64,000 nucleotides of DNA from Paraphysomonas bandaiensis (GCA_965644295.1 CBFFRP010000377.1:186001-250000); one strand, 5' to 3'. Positions 9,906 to 23,023 are shown, counted from the first letter of the stretch. The notes: generated by a model not told the origin, from the letters alone. Numbers and translations are program-made.

Positions 9906-11567
9906 TTAAGAAATCCACTTGTCCTGGAACCAGCACGCTGGATTTTGCATAGGAAACATGCACTTCATTAGGGCCTCCTGTCTATCAAATAGTGTCTTGC
10001 AAAGGAAGCTTTCTGGAGTTTCATCACCAATATACCCTGCTCGACGCCAAACTTCCATAGAAAAAAACAAGCTTTGAGACAATGACGCTCTGTGAAGAAA
10101 CTCACTCAATGAAGATGTCGTAAACTCGTTTGCGCCGCTGTCAATTACCGCTTATGTCAAAATTAAGAGCAAGCGCGAAAGAATTATACCTAATTTTGCG
10201 CCAGGACTGCAAACTACCGCTGTGTCTATCCCAAGCTCCTAAATAAGGGCGCTGTCCTGATAATTTTGCGGCAGTGTTTTCATCGAGTAAATTGAACTTG
10301 TACTGTGTAAAGTCCAAAATAGTCCCAGTTTCACTCGACCTGTGGACAACGTGAAATGAGGGCTGATTTCTTCCTCTCGGGGACACACCCGGTGCAACTA
10401 TCGATGGGAATATTGGAAGGTAAGTGGTGGACAGTACCGGAGGCATGAAAGCAAGATTATGATGCCCGAAGAGGCCCACCTTGATAACATCAGCGTACTC
10501 GCCAAACAGCTCTTTCAAGCGCAGATAGTGTTTTCCTACAGTGTTCATTTCATCTCTACCATCCTTGGTGGTCATCGGTTGATGACCAACCACGTAAACA
10601 TATAGACCACTCTCATCTGCATTGCGCAGCTGGTCCTCTACCCAAAGAAGCAAGCGGTCTCGTACTAGAGACAGAGTGGGATCAGAGCTTGCACCAGGGC
10701 GGGGAGCAAGAAACAGAGAGAAGTCAATGCACAGATAGCGCACATTTGCAACATCAACAGAACTGCTTCCATGGGAAACGAATTGATCATACTGCTTCTG
10801 AGTAAAAAAGCCCTCCGATAGTAGCATACTTCCAAATTTGTCGATATAAGGCTGCCAGTAGGTATCTTTCGGGAAATGGTCGTTGTTTCCCATCGCAAAC
10901 GCCCATCGCGTGTTGGGAAAAGCTATAAAACACATCACCCAATCAGATACGTTAAAAGCGTGTGGCCACACCTACCTTCTACGAGACTGCGCACAATAGA
11001 CTGTGTGGCATCGAACTTCAGGCGGCATAAATTCTCTAACTTCAAGTTTGGAGTTACCACAACCGAATCATCAGGGTACCCGTGGGGTGATATGTCACCT
11101 GTAAATACTATAACAGGCGGATCAGGGTCGATATCCTGCATTTTCGCAAGAAGAGATTTCAGTAGTAGTGGCGGAGGGTTACAATCGTATCTTCCAAAGG
11201 CGTAGCCTTGCTCTCTGGCATAAAACGCAGTATTCTTACTTTTATTGGACAGGTCATAGCACGAATGCATGAAGTCACACGTATGACAGGCTCCATGAAA
11301 CATTGATTGATTAGGATCAAAGAAATGGTCCACATGAATATCGCTAATGTGCATAAAGAATGGCTCATCAGTCACATCAAACGTCTCTCCACTATGCGTG
11401 AAGAATAGCTTTGGAGTATCAAATACCCATAAGAGTATGCCACAAAAAAGACCAAATGCAAAAAATAGCACAGAGGAAGAATTGATGGGCTCAAATTTTC
11501 TGTGCATGCGATGGCCCCGATCATCTTCCTGCTCTTGGCCCACACTCTCGTATTGATAGCTGTACAT
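9906..11567 (-). CDS. Calcineurin-like metallophosphoesterase of the endopolyphosphatase PPN1 / acid sphingomyelinase-like family, with N-terminal membrane anchor
   Basis: Motifs HISDIHVD, FGRYDCNPP, FTGD, AMGNND (GNND as in PPN1), VVGHQP, LFGHHN, PGVSP...NQPSF. Hydrophobic segment near the N-terminus. Short introns near 10924-10975 and ~10140-10190 explain the ORF breaks. Confidence 0.8.
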
Positions 11568-11914
11568 GTGCTAACTAGGCACTGAGAGTTTAATGGTGTT
11601 CACCACGAAGACTCTCGTTGAATAGTTTGGTCTTATCTCCCATTGTGCAGTGCTGGGAGTGCCTTCAACTACACAGAGCACATGTGTCGATGTTAACGTA
11701 CAGCAGTATACAGTACCACATGCTGCTGTATATACACTAAATACAGCAGTATTATTATAGATGCAGATATAGTATGAGAATACGCCCCTATATGCATGCA
11801 GAGATGTCACGCTGCTATCACTGTCAGTCCTGTCAACAGCACTCATACAGCACTCACAGTCTGTTGACGGAGTCTCCTGCTGTGATCATGGAACACAGGT
11901 GCACTGCGGGACAC

Positions 11915-12939
11915 ATGTCATATTCGTGCCATAAATCTAAAATACCACAACACAGCAGTGCATCTTATGCGATCAAGATACAGGCTCTGTGTCGAGGTTA
12001 CTTGATTCGAAGAGTATTCAGACGCGCAAGAGCTATTGTGCTGGAAGCCAGCGCTGACGTGGAAAGTGTTCTGAAGAAAGAGTGCGCAGCGTACTCCTGT
12101 TCGGTCATATTTACCAACTGCTCTGCGTCTTTCTGGTAAGTGAACTACGTGTTTATATATACGCCTTGACACCTATACGATTATTTACCAGTGATACCAT
12201 CCACAATGATCCGCTCTTTTCCGATAATGCCATTTCTACACGGGCTGGTGTATATTCGTCGGTGCAACCGGCAAATGAGGTCGATAATGTTGGACATAAT
12301 TTCCACTATCCTGCTGGTGATAAAGAGGATCTACCTAACTCCCCTCTACAATCGTCGTCTCCGTTAGCTTCCGTATCTTCAGATCCAAAGTGGTCCGAAT
12401 TAGAGAGCCAAACACACTCCCTGAAAGATATCCCACATCCTTTGCAGAGAAGCACGTCGCCTACGTTTGAAAGCTCACCGCCTATGCGGAAGAGCTCGTC
12501 GCCTACGATAAGCTCACTTCCAATGGGGAAGAGCTTATCGCCGACCTTAGAAAGTCTATCCTCTACGCATAAGAGCTCGTCGCCTACATTAGAAAGCCCG
12601 CCTCCATCACAGAGAAGCTCGCCATCTACTATAGAAAGCTCGCCTCCTATGAGGAAGAGCTCGTCGCCTGCGTTAGAAAGTGCACCTCCATCACAGAGGA
12701 GCTCGCCGCCTACTACAGAAAGCTCGCCTCCTATGGAGAAGAGCTCGTCGCCTGCGTTAGAAAGTTCACCTACTGCTGCATCTGTGTTTGAAAGCTCCTC
12801 TGCAGCACCTATACCTCCTTCACCCATTTCACCTACTATAAGCGACTTGGATACATTACTTTTAGATGAGAAATGGTTAGCTAGTGCTCTATTAGAAAGA
12901 ATACAGGTGTTAAAAGATATGCGGTCAAAGAAAGGTTAG
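11915..12939 (+). CDS. IQ-motif protein with Ser/Pro-rich tandem repeats
   Basis: IQ motif IQALCRGYLIRR. An intron GTAAGT..CAG from ~12136 joins it to the SSSP-repeat ORF. The start codon is uncertain (alternative ATG at 11888). Confidence 0.65.
12450..12800 (+). repeat. Coding minisatellite, ~7-8 x 45 bp (15 aa, approx. KSSSPTLESSPPMR)
   Basis: Recurrent AAGAGCTCGTCGCCT...AGAAAG units. Confidence 0.85.
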
Positions 12940-13264
12940 AATATAGTCCCTGCTGTTGATGTTTCTATCTTTCGTTGCGTTTTAGTCGAAGTCTGACTTG
13001 CCGCCAAAGTTATATTACGTGTGAATCATTAATGTATATTCTGTGTGTTGTCGTCAGAGGATTGGGTTTAATTCACATATACAAATCTATATAATCATTA
13101 GCCAACTTGTGCTTAGAAACTCGAAAGTAGTTAATGCTAATTAATACTGCAAAACCCTCGTAGTTTCTATTGGACGTACTATAACGCCACTACAACCACT
13201 AATACTAGCTTAGAATCACCTACAACAATCACAAATTGGCATTCCCTAACACTAATACGTGATA

Positions 13265-15069
13265 CTACTCCACTAAGGGGTGAATTTCGCATATATCTTC
13301 AAAAATACTGATAGCATGTTCGATAAGATTTTTCACTATGCCAATACCGTTCTGCAACTCATACAACCCGAGCTCCTGGGCTCCTTCCGGTCGAAGCAGG
13401 GACGGCGCAAATACGATAGCTAAATTCTCTTTCGTCATTTTATTTTCAGCGGTATGCTTTGTTAGTTCATGCAGCAATCGAAATAAGTGGGCTATGATTC
13501 GAAGGTTGAGAACGGTCACGCCGGGTGGGTGTAAAATAGTGCGTGCGAGCTCTACAAAATTCCCATTATCAGCAGTAACGGCATCACAGAGTGAACGGTA
13601 GCATGCACGCGGAATGAGAGGCTCCGGCAGGGACCGAAAATATAACTTTAGCAACGATGCAGCTGTGTGGAGATCGGTGTCAGATACTCGCTGTTTGGAT
13701 CTGAGTACGTCCCCACCCTTTCCTTCATCATAATGCCTGCGGAGATCTGCTATCTCATCCTCATCCCCCGAAACACGGAATAAGCCTTCCGTTTGAAGGC
13801 CCAGGCGCCGAAGGAATTCCAGTGTGTCAACTACCACAGCAGGCATTTCGGAGAGGTCCTGAAGTGGATGACCGAAGACCTCACCAAGCACACCCATATG
13901 CAGGTTCAGCGCGTAGGTGTAGTCTTCCAGCTCAGCTGGAGCAACTTCGTCAAAAGATCTACTCATTGCTCGTTGGGAGTACGAAGCAGGAGCGCTCCCA
14001 GGAGGGGGGGGTGATGGAGATCGACTGACAGGTCTACTGGAGGGTCGTGGCTGGCGAATTGTTGACACCCCCTCCCCACTCCCAGATATAGCAACAGCAT
14101 CAAGAGATGCCTTTACAGACATCACTCGTCTCTCTTGCAGCATGATTTGGTATCCGGTGAGTTGATCCATCACCGCCATCTGATCGGCTGACAGACCGTT
14201 TTCCTCGGATGCTATTCCACATCCCGCAGACACCTGATGAATGAGTAGTTATATCACATAATCTACAGGAACAAAGTTTGCAGGCTTACCGCTTGACCAA
14301 CGAACTTCTGTATCGCGAAAATCATATTGCTCACACGCTTGCATAAACGAGAATATGTGAATTCATATGCTGCAATATTGGCTTCTATGAATAAGTTTCC
14401 CTCTTTCAGCCGCAGCGCTGACGCTTCAACTTTTCCCTACTCAACTGTCATACTCGGCTTACCAGCAGGGTTATATTACCTGGCGAATTTTGATGTCGTC
14501 GCAGAGACTCTCACGCTTAGAAGATGCGGCTGCTTTCTCCTGAAGAACTTCTAACTTACGCATATGGTGTTGATAGTCGAGGAGAAGCACTGCTGAAATT
14601 GTTAGTGCGTGAGTCATACAAACTATGCAGCAGTGATACCTTCATTACGATGGTGTAGCAGTTGCTCTATTTCATCAGTTTTCTTAGACAGTATATTTAT
14701 TGGAGATTCAATCTCATTCGAAAGAAAATACTCCACGACTTCAACAACTTGATTATCTATCAATTCGGCACATAGGCGGCTGGCAGGTGTGTCATGATGC
14801 AGAAATGACAATTTCGCAGTCGCAGCGTGGAGGTATATCCTATAATCCGCACAAAACTTTTCACATTCACCCTTCATAATTGAAACTTTTCCACAAATGT
14901 TATGGAACCTGTCGAGGCGCATATCCACATTCCCCGTGACGTCATCCTTAAAGTCGTGAGCAAGACCTAGCTTCAGTCTCGTCTTCTGTCCCACACGCCT
15001 TTTCCAGTCATTAAAAGGCTTATTAGAATCTGATGTGCCAGGTGGGGGAGAAGTTGACCGTCTGAACAT
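13265..15069 (-). CDS. RhoGAP protein with N-terminal helical (BAR-like) region, multi-exon
   Basis: Motifs EGLFRVSG (Arg finger), ASLLKLYFRSLPEPL and NKMTKENLAIVFAPSLL. The upstream exons are helical/coiled; the BAR assignment is an inference. Confidence 0.85.
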
Positions 15070-15453
15070 ACCTCGCTTGGTCAATAAGAGTGGCGTTGCG
15101 GAGTTTATTGGATCAGTCAGCTGCTATCTTGTAAGGGGGTTCCTCATCAGTGGTATTTATAGGGGGTTTAAACACTCAAATCTGAAAATTCGGCTATTTT
15201 ATTTCCTGAAAACAGGAGTTCGATCCGAAAAGATATACGATCGCAGCAGACATGCTACACCGCAGTATACGGCGTACGGTATACCACGTAGGAATTCCTA
15301 CAGCTTTGTAGAGTATAGTATACGTACACCACACTCCACACTCCATACGCACCTGTGCGTGACTGCTAAGCAGACATTTCTTTGCAGACACTAACATATA
15401 TATACACTAACACGCACTGTCAGTATACTCCGTTTGCTGCGAAACTATTCATA

Positions 15454-17203
15454 ATGTCTGAATTCACTCAGCCTGATGCTAAGGAGGAGCCCTCTGCTCC
15501 CTCTACCGACACTAAGGAGGAGTCCTCCCCTGCTGCCGCTGCTCCCTCCACCGACACTAAGTCTACATCCGATGACAAAGATGCACCTGAGGAGTCACAG
15601 ACTGAAGAAATTGTGAGATTATCACTTACTCTTGTTAGGTTTAATTTTACGTGTACCCTGTAGTCTGTGAGCGATGTATCTGAGCAGCTCTCAAAGATGG
15701 GGACAGATGATAAGAAGCATGAGATATCTGCCGACTCTCATTTATCTTCTGATTTAACATTTAGTGATCCCTTGTTGAATATGTAAGGCGGTTTATCCTT
15801 TTCGGTGTATTGTTACATATTTTGTATCGTGCAGGCCTGACAAGATACGTGACGCAATAACCCTTAACCTGAAATTCGAACATCCTTCCCAAATTCAAGC
15901 AGCAGCACTTCCTATCATACTGCGTGGTAAAAATTTAATTGCTCAAGCCCAAAGTGGAGCAGGAAAAACCCTGGCTTTTGTAGTTGGTCTTCTGAACAAA
16001 ATAGATGTCTCAAGCGACTCATTGCAGGCGATTTGTTTAAGCCCCACACGTGAGGTTGCTGACCAAATATACCAACTCGGGGTGTTGCCTATAAGCAGCC
16101 GTATTCCAGGACTGCGGGTGGAAAGAGTTCTCAAAGGAATGCAATTGCGGGGACGTAGTCGTGCGCATTTGGTTGTGGGTACTCCTGGCAAAGTGAAAGA
16201 CTTGTTAACTTCCCAGTACCTACATCCCGGAAACGTGAAAGTGTTTGTTGTGGACGAAGCTGATGAGATGTTGCATAATGCAAATAAACGCGAATCCCTC
16301 GCACACGACACACTCTTCGTTCGACAGGCTATACACCCATCAGCACAGGTTCTCTTCTTTTCAGCTACATTCTCTGATGAGGTGCGAGATTTTTGTCGAC
16401 GCGTGGTACAGGGTGCCTACGAGATCACTCTTGAGAAGGCAGATGACATTGTACTATCGGAGATCATGCAGGTATGGGTGAACCCCTCGAACAGAAAAAA
16501 CAGCTGGGCTTCGGATAGCGAGGGCAGCTCTAAGCTGGGTGTGTTGCAAGACATCTACTCCATGATGACCATCCAACAATCGATCGTGTTCGTTGAATCT
16601 ATTAAAGCGGCAAATGAAGTCTCACGTATGATGGTAGAGGAAGGTTTCACAGTCTCAACTCTGCACTCAAAACTATCTTCGGGGGAAGAGCGAGACCGTG
16701 TTATGAACGCATTTAGGGCTGGAGAAAGTAAGGTTCTAATAACCACTAATGTTCTGGCTCGAGGCGTGGATGTGCCTGCAGTAGCTGTAGTGGTTAACTA
16801 CGACCTACCAACCAAGCGAAGGGGTCGGACAGTTATTGCAGATGTGGATACCTACATACACCGCATTGGTCGAACAGGGCGCTTTGGTAGAGTGGGGACA
16901 GCTATCAGTTTTGTGGAAGGTCCGGACGACAAAAGAATTTTGGGTGAAATAGAGAGTGCTCTCCACGGCGATACGCCAGGAAAGAGAATCATTAAGCCGT
17001 GGGACGTGCGTGACATCGAAGGCCTAGCTGACCTCCACAACAGCCGAACTGAAGGTATGGAGGCGACATCAAATGACAAGGCGCCTCCAACCATCAAGAT
17101 CTTCTCTCCTTCTAGGGAAGTTCTCTTCAGCAAATTCCGTGTATCACAGGAGTCATTCTCGTCGTTGATTTCGGCACTGGATAAGACTGATAGAAGTGGC
17201 TAG
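15454..17203 (+). CDS. DDX19: DEAD-box RNA helicase DDX19/Dbp5 (mRNA export), 3 exons
   Basis: Motifs PSQIQ, AQAQSGAGKT, PTREVA, GTPGK, DEAD, FSAT, TNVLARGVD, YIHRIGRTGRFG. Confidence 0.88.
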
Positions 17204-17511
17204 ATAGCCAGTATTGTGTTAATCCACAACAGTGCTGCGTAGGTCATGTTATGTTTTCACTTTGTTATTTAAAGGCAGGTGGGAATAGTAGAGAATAATA
17301 ACACTCTATATCTTTTTGACTATTATATTTTCGTGCCAGCCATTTTTTGTTCAAAGGAATTCTACTTTACAGGCGACCTACTTATTGTAAATTCAGTTAT
17401 GTAGTTATTCAACTAGGCTGGTGCTTTATACTCTATATACGGCCTGATCTTATATACTGGGATAGGAATTGTGCAATTGAAAATTATGTTCCGTTACAGA
17501 TTACAGATGTT

Positions 17512-20500
17512 TATTAGAATATGGATCTTATTCTAGTATATTCAGTATGTCACTTCAAGACAATGTACGAGAATACAGTGAAATATAGTGATGTACAAAT
17601 GCTGTGATGATGTTGAGAAACTGAAATAGTTTGATCGTTCAAGATATGTTCAGTAACGAGAGGTTCGCATATGTAGGATATTATGCAGGGATTATAATGA
17701 GTTAGTGTTGGTTATCACAACTTCGTGTAAACGATATTAATAAATCTATCTAGTCTTACGACAAATTCTCTCTGTGATCTAGTGTAAAATGAGCGTTTCT
17801 CAATATGGTAGCGAGCGAGGAGGAGAGAAGGAGGATAGAGGAGTAGTGCCACAGTTTAATGAGAGCAATGTTGAACAATGGATTGAAGACTTCGAAACGT
17901 TCCTCATGAGGAAAGAGCAAAGTGAAGTAGCGGTGGAGCCACCACCGAAGGAAAGCGACTTTGGGGAACAGCCACTCACGTTAATGGAGGAGAAGTCTTA
18001 CAGACAGGCTGTGAAGAAGTACTGGAAGGCGAATGCCATAGCGTATTCGTACTGCAGAGAGGCAGTGCAAACATCTTCGAAGGCGCTTCAGAAATTCCAT
18101 CTTCTACATAAAGGGTTCAAGGCTGATGGAAAAGGAAGCAACAGGTTTAAGGCGCATATTATGATTGATGAGTTGAAGAAGTGCTTTGCTGGAGGGAAGC
18201 AAAACAAGATCAGTGAGCTGTTGACTCAGTATGGATCTTTCCGTATGCGTCCGGAGGAGACTGCGAAGGACTATATAATACGGTTTGAAATACTGCTGAA
18301 AGAGCTACAGGAGCAGCAGCAGGACATATCGGAGCTCTCAAAAATAACACGGTTACGAGAAGGTCTGTTGAATGAAGAATATGCTCCTCTGAATGTTGCT
18401 TTGTATTTGATGCCTGATGATGTTGATTATGCAACATTATCAAGGAAGATAGAAAGGTATGATGATACCATTCCTGGAAGGATTGCGTTAGAGCGGAAAC
18501 GCAAGAAGGTGGAGGAGCTGAATTTCATTGAAAAGAGCAAACGGTCTCGAACAGAACGGGATAAGCGTAAGAAGGGCAACTGTAGATATTGCAGGAAAGA
18601 AGGAATTCCTCATAGCCATTCAACTGAACAGTGCAGGAGGAAGCAGAGGAAGAAGGATGGAGAGATATCAGGGCAGCGTCCTGGAAGTGCTGAGTATACG
18701 GGATGCAGAAATTGCAAGTCTCTGGAACATCTTGCTGCTGATTGTCCAACGACGAAGAAAAAGCATTCTAGAAGAGGAGAGAAAGGGAAGAATCATGGTA
18801 GGAAGCCGGACAAAAGGCTGCTGACAGTAGAGAATATACGGCGTGGAGAACCAGCAGAATTCTCTGATGAAGATGAAGCAAATATGATCGAGGATGTTAT
18901 GAAATTGTCATGCAATATACATGAAACGAATATATGTAGTGTAAATGATGACATGCATTATACATATATTGACACCTGCTGTTCATCATCAATGTTCTTG
19001 ATGAATGATGTGACCATGCTTGACACTCATATGAATACATCAAAGGTGATAAACGGCTCTAAGAAGGGATCAGAGATTCATATCACAAGTGTGGGTTCCC
19101 GTGGAGCATGGAGAGACATAGAAATTTCAGATCAGATCAATCGATGCCTGTGCTCCGGACGTAAGCTGAATGAAATGGGATATCGATTCACGGTGTGGTA
19201 TGGGATCCAAATTTATGACTGTAATACTGGTGAACTGGTACTGGAGGGACCCATGAAGAATGGAATGACTGCAGTTCCAACTCAGCAGCTGTTGGAGCTT
19301 CCAGATGTGTCTACACCGAGTAATTGTGAAGTAAATCTTAGCGATAGGACTGGTGAGGACGAGCTGGAGTTGCTGCATCGGAGAGCGGGTCACTTCAACA
19401 AACATGCTTTAGTGGAGGCACATAAGAGGATGCTCATCATGGGTACAGGGTTGAAACGAAAACACCACACAGCCAAGGTACACAAAAATCAGTGTTTGTG
19501 TGATGTGTGTGCCAGGTCTAAGATAACCCGAGTCAGCTTCCGAACGAAGGACGAGAATTCCGTTAAACCGAATTTTTCAGCAGATATCGCTGTGTACTTA
19601 AATTGTCCTGCTAGAGGTGGTGAGAGGTATGTGTTAAAGATAACGCATCATGCCAGCAAAATGTTCTGGGCGACGGGTTTAGTCCACAGAACTGGGGAAG
19701 CGGTCTTAGAAGTCTTCAAAGAGCTATTTAGAGGAGATGTTAAAAGGTACAAGCTCAAGATGGAGCACTATCATGCAGATGGTGCAGGAGAGTTAATCAG
19801 TGAAGAGCTGCGTCAGTATCTTAGGACACAGGAGTGCTATCAACATACGTGGAGCTCAACAGACTCTCCAGAAATGAATGCCATAGAGGAGAGGAAGTTC
19901 AGAACTGCTGGAGAGATGACTCTTGCAATGTTAATCCAATCTGGACTGCCACCGCAATTTTGGCTGGATGCATACATGGCAGCCAGATATATTTTGATTC
20001 GATTGCCAACGAAAACAGATAAAGGGTATATGTCTCCTATAGAGTTTCTAACGGGCGAGCCTCCAAATTTGAGATATCTTAGGGTATGGGGGTGTCGAAC
20101 TTATGTTCTTTCACCGAAGGCGGATCGACGAAAGGATTGGGAGGATAAGGCTCTAGTTGGATATTTAATGGGTTACTCTGATGAGAAGGTAGGATACCAT
20201 GTATATCTTCCTGAATCAAACAAGGTGGTGACTACAGTCCATATATTGACTGATGAGTCAACGCCATCACGATCAGAAAAGTATTTCGCAGAGATTGATG
20301 CTCTTCGAGTGCGGGAGGCCGCTAGACCCAAGCTTGCATCCGACTATGTCAGCTTAGAAGGAACGTATCATATTGATGATGAGGACGGACTTCTGTATAA
20401 GACAACAAGAGTTGTAGAACGTAAGGGTGTGATTGTAGCATACCGTTCACTTGTTACTGCAGGTCGCGAGCATATAGAGCACCGGGTGCCTATACACGTC

Positions 20501-23023
20501 GAAGACGTGGTGCGTATGACTGCAGAAACCCCCGGGAATACCGGGTACATAGGAAAGGGGGACGCCCTGAGTACTACGCCAGCCAGGGAGCTGGACCAGG
20601 GAAGACCTGGAGGGTTCCAGGAGAGTCCTGACCCAACCTGTCAACAGACAGTCGTGAGGTTGCAGACCTTGACAGACCGTGGGTCTGGGGATGCGAGCGG
20701 GGCTCCTCCCACACCGCAAGATTTGCGGGCTCAGGATGAGCAAGGTATGGGTTCGTATATATCTACTAGACGACCTATTGAACTAGATGGTGATGGTCGT
20801 GTACGGCGGAAACGGCTACAGCGTAGGTTGGCGAACGCATCGGTGTTAGGAGAAATAAATATGGTTGAGGTGCCAGATGCATGCACTGTTAACTTTAAAT
20901 ATGCAGAGTTTCAACATGATGACTTTAAGATACCAGACTCCTATGCTGAAGCGGAGAGATCTCCACAGTACATGAAGTGGCGAGAAGCTCGAAAGGTGGA
21001 GAAGACCTCACTACTGAAGAGACGTGTCTTAAAGATTGTGCGGACTCCACGGGGAGTGAAGTTGGTGCGAGCAAAGTATGTTCACACGGTGAAGAGAGAC
21101 CTTCTGGGGAATGTAGTCAAGTATAAGGCGCGGCTGGTTGCATTAGGGAATCTACAAGAAAAAACGGAGGAGGAGCAGTCCACGTTTGCTCCAGTGGTCA
21201 AAGGAATAACCATTCGACTGGTCCTCGCGATTGCGTTTATGTTCCATATATGCATGTACATCAGTTGGATGTATCATCAGCGTTTTGTTATGCCGATCTT
21301 GAAGAGGATGTTTATATGGCACCTCCACCTGATGAAGAGTTGCCAGCGGGGTGGTGTTTTCAATTGATCAAGGCCTTATATGGTTTGCGGTCATCACCGA
21401 GGCAGTGGAACAAGCATATTGACAAGTTTATCAAATCGTTACATTTTACTGCTTGCATTTTAGATACATGCTTGTATATGCGATGGAGTAATGGTCAATT
21501 GCACTTATTGCTGATATATGTTGATGATATTATCATTGCATCTGCTGATCTCACCTACTTAGAAAGTGTTAAACGTAGGTTCTGCGAAACGTTTGAAATG
21601 CACGATCTGGGTGTGTGCAAACGGTTTCTGAATATCAGAATCACGAGAGGAGAGGACTGGTACATGTTAGATCAATCGGAATATGCCAAGAATATTGTAA
21701 AGAAATTCGATTCGTTTATGGGGAAGAGCAGTAAGAATAAGGAGACTCCACTACCTACCAATGTTCAGGATTTGTTGGCAGAGCAACGTGAGCTGACGGA
21801 GGAGCAGAAGCAGTGGGTCGAATCATTTCCGTATAGAGGAATTATTGGAGCGGTGTTGCATTTGGCGATTCACACTAGACCTGATCTGGCTTACGCTGTG
21901 GGGTTATTGGCTCGATTTAGTACTTCTCCAACATATGCGACTTGCAGATTAGCTATTCATTTGTTGAAATATTTACGTGGTACAGTTGATAAGGGAATCA
22001 GATTCAGTGGGAGTGAGTTTGATTTACATGTATTCAGTGATTCAGACTGGGCTGGTGATAGGATGACTAGGCGGTCCACAACGGGATACATCGTGCTTTT
22101 ATGTGCGGGCGCTTTGGCCTGGCAGTCCAAGCTTCAGACCACAGTTGCGACTTCGAGCATGGAATCTGAGTATATGGCGGAGTATGCGGCTTTGCAAGAA
22201 CTGGTGTGGCTTCGGGGGGTGTTCAAGGAGCTCGGACTCTTGGTAGCGAAGCCGACTCCATTCTTTATGGATAGTAAGAGTGCAAAGGATCTTTCAGAGA
22301 ATCCAGTGTATCATAAGAGGTCGAAGCATATTGACATCAAGTATCACTGGATAAGAGAACATGTTAATGGCAAATTTCCTACAGCAAAGTTGATTCATGT
22401 ATCTACGGATGATATGGCGGCCGATATTTTTACAAAGGCGTTGTCCACGAAGATCTTCAGCCGTCATGAGAAAACGATTACCGGGGTTAAGAGGAGTGTG
22501 TCTAACAGTGTGGAGGAGCAGCAGAAGAAACGACCCCGAAGAGGTTAAAGGTGTGTTTTAGTGGGTGAAAATCCTACATAACTGTATATCTAGTTGACTG
22601 CTAGATATATATGTATCTTTAAAAGATTTCACATCTGTTTTTACCTATATGGGACTAGATAGTCATAGCATTATCAGATTATTGTGATCACTGTTGTTTT
22701 ATCTCACTGCATTCTACATTGAGTGGGAGTATTAGAATATGGATCTTATTCTAGTATATTCAGTATGTCACTTCAAGACAATGTACGAGAATACAGTGAA
22801 ATATAGTGATGTACAAATGCTGTGATGATGTTGAGAAACTGAAATAGTTTGATCGTTCAAGATATGTTCAGTAACGAGAGGTTCGCATATGTAGGATATT
22901 ATGCAGGGATTATAATGAGTTAGTGTTGGTTATCACAACTTCGTGTAAACGATATTAATAAATCTATCTAGTCTTACGACAAATTCTCTCTGTGATCTAG
23001 TGTAAAATGAGCGTTTCTCAATA
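17512..23023 (+). mobile_element. Copia-2: Ty1/Copia LTR retrotransposon with TA..TA LTR ends
   Basis: 294-bp LTRs at 17512-17805 and 22730-23023 with no difference noticed. TSD ATGTT at 17507-17511 and 23024-23028. PBS TGGTAGCGAGC. PPT GAGTGGGAG. Confidence 0.97.
17789..22548 (+). pseudogene. Copia-2 gag-pol with a 2-bp frameshift in RT (~21246-21251)
   Basis: Two Zn knuckles, protease YIDTCC, HHCC, IN SAD/HAD/EER, RT YVDD, RNase H SDSDWA. The extra AT in CATATATGCAT splits AIAFMFH|MHVHQLDVSSAF. Confidence 0.88.

Noticed and set aside
15120-15155. CTGATGAG on the minus strand as a hammerhead ribozyme core (also CTGAAGAG at ~45194 in family X)
   Set aside because: There is no stem II followed by GAAA, and the family-X instance is not conserved between copies.
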